This document shows positions 1-8,171 of a stretch of DNA of 19,721 bases, piece by piece. Under the pieces are notes generated by a model that saw only the letters and a list, made by a program, of their open reading frames with translations, did no database searches and was not told the origin of the DNA. The position numbers and the translations under genes are program-made. This stretch comes from Abditibacteriaceae bacterium (GTDB taxonomy: Bacteria; Armatimonadota; Abditibacteriia; Abditibacteriales; Abditibacteriaceae), in the NCBI GenBank assembly GCA_031425655.1, contig JANPJS010000226.1, forward strand, positions 1 to 19,721, given 5' to 3'. How positions within the stretch are numbered: the first letter of the stretch is position 1; the number at the start of each line of letters is the position of its first letter.

Positions 1-126
1 CACATAAATAACAACCCCATCCCCCCCCCCCCCCCCCCCCCGGGCCCGCTCCCGCCCCTCTAGTTTCCACCTCTCAAAATTTTTTTTGTTTTTTTTTTTT
101 ATTCCTTGGTGTTCCCCACACAAAAA
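1..126. other. Low-complexity homopolymer stretch (poly-C, poly-T, poly-A), probable low-quality contig end
   Basis: About 21 consecutive C at 21-41, long T run at 80-100 and A run at 122-130. This is unlike the rest of the window and sits at its edge. Confidence 0.7.
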
Positions 127-154
127 AAAACCCAAAACTTAAAACTCAAAACTA
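127..154. repeat. Tandem heptamer array AAAACYH x4 overlapping the ispA stop codon
   Basis: aaaaccc/aaaactt/aaaactc/aaaacta at 127-154. The last unit contains the reverse complement of the ispA TAG (152-154). Confidence 0.55.
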
Positions 155-1078
155 TTTCTCCCTTTCTACTACATAGCGCGCCAACTGACGCAGCGCGTCG
201 GCTTCGGGGCCGAATGGTTTTAAACTTTTCAGAGCAGCGTCCCGCGATTCCTGGGCCAGAGCTTGCGCGCCTTCGAGGCCAAAAAGTGCCGTGGCCGTGG
301 TTTTATTGTTGGCGGCGTCCGATGAGGCCTTGCCGGTGAGCTGCGGGTCGCCGATGACATCGAGAACGTCGTCGGCGATTTGAAACGCGCGGCCCAGATG
401 CGCGCCGTAATCGCGCAAGGCCGCGATTTGCGATTCGTTGCCGCCGCCGGCAATCGCGCCGGCTTCGGCAGAAGCGCGAATCAAAGCGCCGGTTTTGCGC
501 GCGTGCATCGCCAAAAGCTGGGCGCCGGAAATCTCGGTCACGTCGGCGTCCGACCACGCGATGTCTACGGCCTGCCCGCCGACCATGCCCGCTTCGCCCG
601 CCGCGTGCGCGATGACTTTCACCAAACGCAACGCGCTTTGCGGTGAATCGCACTCGGCATCGGCCACGATTTCAAAAGCCAAAGTCAGCAGCGCGTCACC
701 GGCTAAAATCGCTGTAGCTTCGCCGAACGCTTTGTGGCACGAAGGCCGTCCTCGTCGCGTGTCGGCGTTGTCCATCGCCGGCAAATCGTCATGCACGAGG
801 GAATAAGCGTGAATCATTTCCAGCGCGCACGCCGGGCCAAGAGCGCGCCGCGCGTCGAGAGTTTCGCCGTTGAAGGCCGCTACGGCGCCCGCCGCTTCCA
901 TCACGAGTTGCGAGCGCAGCCGCTTGCCGCCGCTGAAAACCGCATGGCGCATCGCGGCGCGCAGATGAGCATCGCTTTGCGCGTCGGATGGAGCATCCTC
1001 ATGCGCTGCGAGGGCCGGCAGCCACGTTTGCAGCGCGTCTTCGACAATATGCGGCGCAAAACGCCATTCTACACTCAT
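152..1078 (-). CDS. ispA: Farnesyl diphosphate synthase / geranyltranstransferase (short-chain polyprenyl synthetase)
   Basis: GGKRLR, first Asp-rich motif YSLVHDDLPAMD..RRGRP, GQAVD, KTGAL and second motif FQIADDVLD. Canonical xseA-xseB-ispA order. Confidence 0.93.
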   Translation of the reverse strand: MSVEWRFAPHIVEDALQTWLPALAAHEDAPSDAQSDAHLRAAMRHAVFSGGKRLRSQLVMEAAGAVAAFNGETLDARRALGPACALEMIHAYSLVHDDLPAMDNADTRRGRPSCHKAFGEATAILAGDALLTLAFEIVADAECDSPQSALRLVKVIAHAAGEAGMVGGQAVDIAWSDADVTEISGAQLLAMHARKTGALIRASAEAGAIAGGGNESQIAALRDYGAHLGRAFQIADDVLDVIGDPQLTGKASSDAANNKTTATALFGLEGAQALAQESRDAALKSLKPFGPEADALRQLARYVVEREK

Positions 1079-1242
1079 AATTCAGAATTCAGAATTCACC
1101 GCAGAGGACGCTGAGGACGCAGATTCCAGACACGGAGACAAAAGACACGGAGACATGGTGAGCCTGCTTACTTTTTCCGTGTCTCCCCTTCTCCTCTTCT
1201 CCGTGTCTGGAATCTGCGTCCTCAGCGTCCTCTGCGGTGAAT
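1079..1242. repeat. Composite intergenic palindrome: AATTCAG x3 plus a perfect 45-bp inverted repeat
   Basis: Arms 1094-1138 and 1198-1242 are exact reverse complements. The arms contain 9-nt periodic units (gaggacgct/gaggacgca) and GACACGGA units, with an inner imperfect pair at ~1143-1151/1176-1184. Confidence 0.92.
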
Positions 1243-1496
1243 CACTCGTCTTCCTCATCGTAATCAATCGGGACAGTTACTAATTCGCCGTCGGGCGTGG
1301 CGATAAGCTCTTCGAGCAGCGCTTCGGCGCCGCTTAAAGTGGTGTCGCAGCGGTCGGCGAGTTCGCGTCCGCGCCGCGCCAAAGTCACCAGTTGTTCCAG
1401 CGGCACGTTGCTGCTTTCCAACGCTTCGACGACTATTTCCAGTTCGCGCAGAGCTTCTTCAAAGGACAACTCCTGCGCGTTTTCAATTTCATTCAT
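1242..1496 (-). CDS. xseB: Exodeoxyribonuclease VII small subunit
   Basis: SFEEALRELEIVVEALES...PLEQ motif, 84 aa, overlaps the xseA stop. Confidence 0.93.
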   Translation of the reverse strand: MNEIENAQELSFEEALRELEIVVEALESSNVPLEQLVTLARRGRELADRCDTTLSGAEALLEELIATPDGELVTVPIDYDEEDE

Positions 1497-2718
1497 CGGG
1501 AACGATTAAAACGGATGCGGCGCCATCGCGCCATAAAATTTTCAACTTTTGTCCGGCCCGAACCGAGGCCGCGCTTGTTACCAGCGCGCCGAATTCGTCG
1601 TGAATCACGGCGAATCCGCGTTCGAGCGTGCGTTGCGGATCGAGAGCGCGCAACTGAGCGCGCAAACCTCGCAGCGACTGGCTTTCTATTTTAACACGGC
1701 GCCGCGCCGCGTCCCGCACCCGCGTGCGTAAATCGCCGACGCGTGTGCGCAGCGCCGTCACGCGCTCGTGCGGATGCGTCAGCACGCGGCGCCGTCGCGC
1801 GACTTCCAAACGCTGCCTCGCAAGGCGCGATTCGCCCGCGACGGCGTTATAAAGTCGCCGCCGCGCTTGATACAGCACGCCTTGCAATTCGTAAATATCG
1901 GGCGCGACTAATTCGGCGGCGGCGCTGGGCGTGGGAGCGCGCAAATCAGCCACGAAATCTAAAATCGTGTAATCAGTTTCGTGTCCAACAGCGGAAATTA
2001 AGGGAATCGGGCAATCCGCCGCCGCGCGCACCAAATCTTCATCGTTGAAGCACCACAAATCTTCCGCCGAGCCGCCACCGCGCCCAATAATCACCACATC
2101 CAAGTCGCCGATGGCGCCGGCCCAACTCAGCGCGCGAATCAAATCGGGCACCGCCGCGAAACCCTGCACCGCCGATGGAATAAAAACAATCGTAGCCACC
2201 GGCCAGCGACGGCGCAGAATCGTGACAACATCGTGTGCCACGGCGCCGGACGCTGAGGTAATTAACCCGATGCGCTTGGGAAAAGGCGGCAAAGCGCGCT
2301 TGCGCGATTCGTCGAAAAGCCCTTCTTCGGCCAACTGCAATTTGAGGCGCTCGAAGGCCTCGAAAAGCGCGCCTTGCCCATCGAAACGCAGCGAATCCAC
2401 GATGAAACTGAGGTCGCCGCGCTGCGCGTAGAACTCAACGTGTCCGGTCGCTACAACGCGGTCGCCGTCGTTGGGTCGAAAATTGAGGCGCAGCGCATTG
2501 GTTTTCCAAAGACAGCAGCGAATCTGCGCGTTGCCGTCTTTGAGCGTGAAATACAAATGCCCCGACGAGGCCGCTTTTAAATTCGAGATTTCGCCGCGCA
2601 CCGCGACATCGCACAAAATCGGGTCGGCTTCCAGCACGCGCCCAATTTGCCACGCCAACTCGCCAATCGAAAGAACGCCGTCGCTTTCTAAAGTCAAGTC
2701 TTCAATTTCGTTTTCCAT
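1489..2718 (-). CDS. xseA: Exodeoxyribonuclease VII large subunit
   Basis: N-terminal OB fold (VRGEISN..SGHLYFTLKD), IGLITS, VQG, RGGGSAEDLWCFN, SAVGHETD, APTPSAAAE, LERGF. Confidence 0.97.
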   Translation of the reverse strand: MENEIEDLTLESDGVLSIGELAWQIGRVLEADPILCDVAVRGEISNLKAASSGHLYFTLKDGNAQIRCCLWKTNALRLNFRPNDGDRVVATGHVEFYAQRGDLSFIVDSLRFDGQGALFEAFERLKLQLAEEGLFDESRKRALPPFPKRIGLITSASGAVAHDVVTILRRRWPVATIVFIPSAVQGFAAVPDLIRALSWAGAIGDLDVVIIGRGGGSAEDLWCFNDEDLVRAAADCPIPLISAVGHETDYTILDFVADLRAPTPSAAAELVAPDIYELQGVLYQARRRLYNAVAGESRLARQRLEVARRRRVLTHPHERVTALRTRVGDLRTRVRDAARRRVKIESQSLRGLRAQLRALDPQRTLERGFAVIHDEFGALVTSAASVRAGQKLKILWRDGAASVLIVPDE

Positions 2719-2757
2719 TTTGTAAGATAATTGCGTAGTAACTTGGGAGGATCGAAA

Positions 2758-3318
2758 ATGAAAAAGTCACTCCGATTGATGGCCGCTGTGCTTGCAGTTT
2801 TAACAATTTGCTGTGTTTTGACTGCAAAAGGCCAGTTCGGGCAACCTGCACCGCCGCCGGACAAAGACGCAGCTTACGATATTGCGCCGCTTTATCGAGA
2901 AGTGCGCCAACTGGCCCGGCGTCATTATCCACAGGCGACGGCTCATCACTTGAACGATGCGATTCATTTTGAATACAACACTCGTCTTTTCATCGTCCAC
3001 GAGCCGCAGATGACGGGTGAATGGCAAGACCCCTGGCCCGAACGCGGCCCTCAACGCGGCGGGATTCACTGCGATATTTCCATTGTGCCCGGTGGCTATC
3101 AGGGTCAGGCGGTGATTCCGCAAAACTTTGACAAACGCTATTACACGCTCGCGTTAACGGCTCCGTATTCCCAAAAACTGGATGCTCACTTGCTGGTTTA
3201 CATCAAATATCCCCGAAATGTCCCCGCCGGATTTCTCGATGAGATGAACAAGTTGTTGAACGACTTTGACAAATTTGCTTCCAAAGTGGCTCCTCCGGCT
3301 GCTCCGCTTGCCAATTGA
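2758..3318 (+). CDS. Hypothetical exported protein (Sec signal peptide), 186 aa
   Basis: GGAGG SD at 2746-2750 before ATG 2758. N-terminus MKKSLRLMAAVLAVLTICCVLTAKG resembles a signal peptide. Followed by a terminator-like hairpin. No family recognised. Confidence 0.75.
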   Translation: MKKSLRLMAAVLAVLTICCVLTAKGQFGQPAPPPDKDAAYDIAPLYREVRQLARRHYPQATAHHLNDAIHFEYNTRLFIVHEPQMTGEWQDPWPERGPQRGGIHCDISIVPGGYQGQAVIPQNFDKRYYTLALTAPYSQKLDAHLLVYIKYPRNVPAGFLDEMNKLLNDFDKFASKVAPPAAPLAN

Positions 3319-3362
3319 AGACTTTTATCGTTCGAAACTTAAATGGTATAGGACAGCAAAGC

Positions 3363-3395
3363 GAAAAGGGACAGGCAAAATGCCCGTCCCTTTTC
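3363..3395. terminator. Bidirectional intrinsic terminator between convergent genes
   Basis: gaaaagggacaggca (3363-3377) / tgcccgtcccttttc (3381-3395) stem with one mismatch (G-U on the minus strand), with T tracts on both strands. Confidence 0.8.
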
Positions 3396-3409
3396 CTGTG
3401 TTCAACACG

Positions 3410-4441
3410 TTATCGCATCGGCAGTTCGACCCACGAGCCGGTTTCGATGGATTGCTCCATCGCGATGACCATTTCGAGGGCTTTATAGCCTTCTTCGCCG
3501 GAAACCGGGTTTTCTTTGCGGCCTAAAATGGTGTCCACGAAGTCTTGAATCACGCCTAAAAACCAGCGTTCCTGCGTGTTGTCCTGCATTTCGCCGACAT
3601 CGTAAACCTCGCGTTCGCCGCCTTTGTGATAAACGACGACTGGCGCGCCCGGCTCGACGCTGACACGCAAGGCGCCGTTTTCGCAGAACGCGCTGAAGGT
3701 GTTGTCTTCGCCGCCGTGCAGCGTCCAACTGGTGTTGATGGTGCCCAGCGCGCCGTTGTCGAATTGCACCAAAGCCTGGCTGTTGTCTTCGACGTTGCCG
3801 GGCTTTTCGAGCGTGGCTTTTTGCGCGATGATGCGCGTGGGTTCGAGGCCGGTCAGAAAGCGCACAAGGTCGCATTTATGCACGCCCAAGTCGGCCAGAG
3901 GCCCGAAACCGGAGATGCTCTTATTGAAAAACCACGCGCTGTTTTGGCTCCACCCTTCCGGGCCGGGATGCGCGAAAGTGGTCTGAATGTGATAAACCTT
4001 GCCCAAAACGCCCGATTGCAGAATTTCGCGCGCTTTTTTGTGCGGCCCGGAATAACGCTGCGACTGGTCAATCATCAGCACTTTGCCCATGCGTTCCGCA
4101 GTTTCGATCATTTTGCGCGCATCTTCGAGCGTTAAGGCCATCGGCTTTTCGCACAAAACGTGAACGCCGGCTTCCAGAGCCTTAATCGAAACCGGCGCGT
4201 GCAAATTGTTACGCTCGCACACGCTGATCGCCTGCACACCGCTGGCTAAAAACGCGTCCAAGTCGTCGTAAAACTTGACACCCTGCGGCTCATATTTGGC
4301 GATGGCCTCTTTGCAAAACGACAGGTCGCCGTTATACATCGCAAAGAGTTCGACATCGGGCGAATCTCCATATTCCGGCAAGTGCAGCACTTTGGCGATC
4401 TGGCCGACTCCGGCCACGCCGACTTTCAGTTTTTCGGACAT
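3410..4441 (-). CDS. Gfo/Idh/MocA family NAD(P)-dependent oxidoreductase
   Basis: Rossmann GVAGVGQI, HVLCEKP, DLGVHKCD, VEDN. Start re-assigned to ATG 4441 (MSEKLK), which has an AAGGAG SD; the upstream ATG 4468 lies within a repeat. Confidence 0.92.
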   Translation of the reverse strand: MSEKLKVGVAGVGQIAKVLHLPEYGDSPDVELFAMYNGDLSFCKEAIAKYEPQGVKFYDDLDAFLASGVQAISVCERNNLHAPVSIKALEAGVHVLCEKPMALTLEDARKMIETAERMGKVLMIDQSQRYSGPHKKAREILQSGVLGKVYHIQTTFAHPGPEGWSQNSAWFFNKSISGFGPLADLGVHKCDLVRFLTGLEPTRIIAQKATLEKPGNVEDNSQALVQFDNGALGTINTSWTLHGGEDNTFSAFCENGALRVSVEPGAPVVVYHKGGEREVYDVGEMQDNTQERWFLGVIQDFVDTILGRKENPVSGEEGYKALEMVIAMEQSIETGSWVELPMR

Positions 4442-4452
4442 TGTTCTCCTTA

Positions 4453-4533
4453 AGAATGCAAAATGCAAAATTAAAAATGCAAAATGGGGGCTGCTCAGCG
4501 TTTTTGCATTTTACATTTTTAATTTTGCATTTC
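4453..4533. repeat. Inverted pair of tandem heptamer arrays (AAAATGC-type)
   Basis: 4461-4486 and 4507-4532 are reverse complements over 26 bp with 1 mismatch. Unit aaaatgc/aaaatta. The right arm abuts the upstream gene's TGA (4532-4534). Confidence 0.88.
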
Positions 4534-5704
4534 AGATTTGCGGCACGTCTTCCCATTTTTTCGAGGCGGCGCCTTTGTCAATGGCATCCAGCACGGCGTT
4601 GGCTTTGGCACCGTCGCGGAAGTTCGGATGCGGCATTTCGTTTCGCGCCTGCGCCGTCAGCAAATCGTAAACGCTGTTGATAAAGGTGTGCTCGTAGCCG
4701 ATAATGTGCCCCGGCGGCCAGTAAGCGCCCGCGTAAGGCTGGCTGCCTTCTGTGCATAAAATACGACGAAAACCGCGCCGGTCTTCGGGGTCTTCGTTGT
4801 TGAAGTATTGCAATTCGTTCATGCTCTCGAAGTCGAAAGCGACGCTGCCTTTCGAGCCGTTAATCTCAAACGTGCTGTGATTTTTGCGGCCCAATGCGAA
4901 GCGCGTTGCCTCGAAAGTGCCGACCGCGCCGTTGGCGAAGCGCGTAATGAAAAGCGCGGCGTCGTCTACAGTGACTTCGCCCATTTCATCGCTGATGCCG
5001 GCGGCGCCAAGCCCTTCTTTCCCGGTTGCGTCGGCGGGCAAAGGTCGCTGCTTGATGAAGGTTTCGGTCAGCGACGAAACGCTGGTAATGTCGCCGACTA
5101 AAAAGTGCGCCAAGTCAACGCTGTGTGCGCCTAAATCGCCCAATGAGCCGGAACCTGCTACATCTTTGCGAAGACGCCAGACGAGCGGGAAATTTGGGTC
5201 AACGATCCAATCTTGTAAATATCGCGCGCGAAAGTGATAAATCTGGCCCAAATCGCCGTTTTCGATCATGCGCTTGGCCAAAGCGATGGCTGGCACGCGC
5301 CGATAATTAAAGCACACCATGTTCAGCACTTTGGCGCTCTCAACGGCGTTGACCATTTCCATCGCGTCCTCGAAGGTGTTGCCCAGAGGCTTTTCGCAGA
5401 ATACAGTTTTGCCGGCTTGCGCGGCGGCGATGGCGATTTCTTTGTGCGCGTTGCCGGGCACCACGATGTCCACGATGTCAATGTCGTCGCGCTCCAGCAG
5501 CTTGCGATAATCGGTTTCGTAGCTTTCCCAACCGTATTCGCCGGCGGCGCGGCGCACGTTTTCTTCGTTGCGACCGCACAAAGCGCGCAGTCGGGGCGTA
5601 ACTTCCGGCTCGAAAAACTTGGTGACTTGACGGTAAGCGTTAGAGTGCGCCTTACCCATGAAGGCATAGCCGATCAGGCCAACGCCGACTTCTTTTTTCG
5701 CCAT
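4532..5704 (-). CDS. Gfo/Idh/MocA family oxidoreductase
   Basis: VGLIGYAFMGKAH, VFCEKPL, FNYRRVPA, YLQDW, GDLGAHSVD, VTVDD, WPPGHIIGYEHTF. Confidence 0.94.
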   Translation of the reverse strand: MAKKEVGVGLIGYAFMGKAHSNAYRQVTKFFEPEVTPRLRALCGRNEENVRRAAGEYGWESYETDYRKLLERDDIDIVDIVVPGNAHKEIAIAAAQAGKTVFCEKPLGNTFEDAMEMVNAVESAKVLNMVCFNYRRVPAIALAKRMIENGDLGQIYHFRARYLQDWIVDPNFPLVWRLRKDVAGSGSLGDLGAHSVDLAHFLVGDITSVSSLTETFIKQRPLPADATGKEGLGAAGISDEMGEVTVDDAALFITRFANGAVGTFEATRFALGRKNHSTFEINGSKGSVAFDFESMNELQYFNNEDPEDRRGFRRILCTEGSQPYAGAYWPPGHIIGYEHTFINSVYDLLTAQARNEMPHPNFRDGAKANAVLDAIDKGAASKKWEDVPQI

Positions 5705-5778
5705 TGCAAAATCTCCCGTTGATGTTGAAATTGGGGCTAAACGGCTTGCATCTTAACGAATTTGCGGCAGATAAGACA

Positions 5779-5869
5779 ACGGCGGACGGCGGACGGCGGA
5801 CGGCAGACGGCGGGATGGGTAGCATCGAGCATCCAGCATCAAGCATCCAGCATCAAGCATCAAGCATCG
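5779..5869. repeat. Two adjacent tandem heptamer arrays: ACGGCRG x5 (5779-5813) and AGCATCN x7 (5821-5869)
   Basis: Units counted directly. The second array encodes the last codons and the TGA of the DUF151 gene. Confidence 0.92.
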
Positions 5870-6363
5870 AGGTCTCCCACCAAGCGCCGAAACCGGTTGA
5901 GATCGTCGTCGGTATCCGGCGGCGGCGGTTGCGAGATGGCCGACATCGGCTCGTCGGGCGCTAAAATTTCTTCGACATCCACTAAGGCTTTGAGCGCACT
6001 GCCCGTTGCGAAAATCGGACATTTGGCGCGCACCGCGAGAGCGATGGCGTCCGAAGGTCGCGCGTCAATGAGCTTTACGCCGTTGGGCGTGTCGAGTTCG
6101 ATGGTGGCGAAGAACGTGTCGTCCATCAAATCGTTGATGACCACGCGCATAACGTGAGCCTGCGCCAATCGCAGCGCATTGAGCAGCAAATCGTGCGACA
6201 AAGGGCGCGACGGCGGGGCGCCTTCGAGTTCGAGTGCAATCGCTCGCGCCTCGCTCGGCCCGATCCAGATCGGCAGTATTTTTTGACCTTCGAGGTCTTT
6301 GAGCAGCACGACTTTCTGCTGCCGCTGATCAAAAGCCACCGCTTCCACGATCATCCGCAACAT
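5860..6363 (-). CDS. Bifunctional nuclease family protein (DUF151)
   Basis: VVLLKD...LPIWIG..EA.AIA, RPLSHDLL, FFATI, IDARPSDAIALAVR. ATG 6363 is preferred (GGGAAG upstream); TTG 6372 is an alternative. Confidence 0.9.
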   Translation of the reverse strand: MLRMIVEAVAFDQRQQKVVLLKDLEGQKILPIWIGPSEARAIALELEGAPPSRPLSHDLLLNALRLAQAHVMRVVINDLMDDTFFATIELDTPNGVKLIDARPSDAIALAVRAKCPIFATGSALKALVDVEEILAPDEPMSAISQPPPPDTDDDLNRFRRLVGDLDA

Positions 6364-6405
6364 GAGCGGCAACTTCCCTTTTGAAAATGATAAAACTCTG
6401 ACATT

Positions 6406-7626
<1,221 letters not shown>

Positions 7627-7633
7627 CGCTTGC

Positions 7634-7642
7634 AGTGTAGCA
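7634..7642 (-). promoter_or_regulatory. Extended -10 promoter (TGCTACACT) 7 nt upstream of the aroC ATG; likely leaderless transcript
   Basis: Minus strand reads TGcTACACT-gcaagcg-ATG, with no SD. Confidence 0.5.
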
Positions 7643-7681
7643 AAACCGTCTGACGCGATTGCCTTTGCGCGCCACACACAC

Positions 7682-7901
7682 AGGGCAATCGCATTAGAAA
7701 ATTGGGAGGCCAAAGAGGAGTGTCATTCCGAGCGGAGTTAGCGAGTGGAGCGAGCTAACGCAGTCGAGGAATCTTGCCGTAACACCGAAAATTAAGATTC
7801 CTCGACCCTGCCCAGAGGGCGCCCGTTTTGCTCGTTCCTCGCGTCATTTCGCTCGGAATGACAACTGCTTTGGCTCTTGAAGATCCTAATGCGATTGCCC
7901 T
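7682..7901. mobile_element. MITE-like element with 16-bp terminal inverted repeats enclosing a GTCATTCCGAGCG-type REP-like palindrome
   Basis: agggcaatcgcattag (7682-7697)/ctaatgcgattgccct (7886-7901). Inner IRs: tgtcattccgagcg (7721-7734/7850-7863) and gtcgaggaatctt (7763-7775/7794-7806). No transposase. Confidence 0.65.
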
Positions 7902-7935
7902 ATCGCATGATCCGGGCGATTACGTTGCTCGATTG

Positions 7936-8069
7936 CCAGCGACTAAAGTCGCGGCTGAGAGGCCTACGGCCAGCAATTCCCCTGCGGGGACTGAGGATTT
8001 AGGTCACTACTCAGTCCGCGACGGCGGACTGTTGGCCGTAGGCCTCTCAGCCGCGACTTTAGTCGCTGG
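7936..8069. repeat. REP-like doublet palindrome with perfect 37-bp inverted arms
   Basis: 7936-7972 and 8033-8069 are exact reverse complements. Each arm holds the sub-palindrome GCGACT(A/T)(A/T)AGTCGC. Internal AGTCCGCGACGGCGGACT hairpin at 8013-8030. Confidence 0.88.
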
Positions 8070-8121
8070 GCATGGGAACAATGCGATTGCCTTTTCGCCC
8101 GCCACACAACGGATTTTTGAC

Positions 8122-8156
8122 AAAAAAAAACGCCCCGGCTCTTTTGCCGGGGCGTT
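8122..8156 (-). terminator. Rho-independent terminator of the pil/secretin operon
   Basis: aacgccccggc/gccggggcgtt stem (8129-8139/8146-8156) running into a 9-T tract on the minus strand, 15 nt after the secretin stop. Confidence 0.9.
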
Positions 8157-8171
8157 CGCTGGGTCTCGGTT

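Noticed and set aside
1..126. Poly-C/poly-T tracts as a G-quadruplex, phase-variation tract or telomere-like end
   Set aside because: They lie at the window edge with degraded homopolymer character, most simply explained as a sequencing or assembly artefact. Raw reads are needed.
7627..7713. 29-aa N-terminal extension of AroC (and the similar 9-aa extension of the oxidoreductase at 4442-4468)
   Set aside because: The upstream starts fall within repeats. Conserved N-termini and SD/promoter signals favour ATG 7626 and ATG 4441.
7655..8108. CRISPR array
   Set aside because: The repeats are inverted or nested, not regularly spaced direct repeats with unique spacers, and there are no cas genes.
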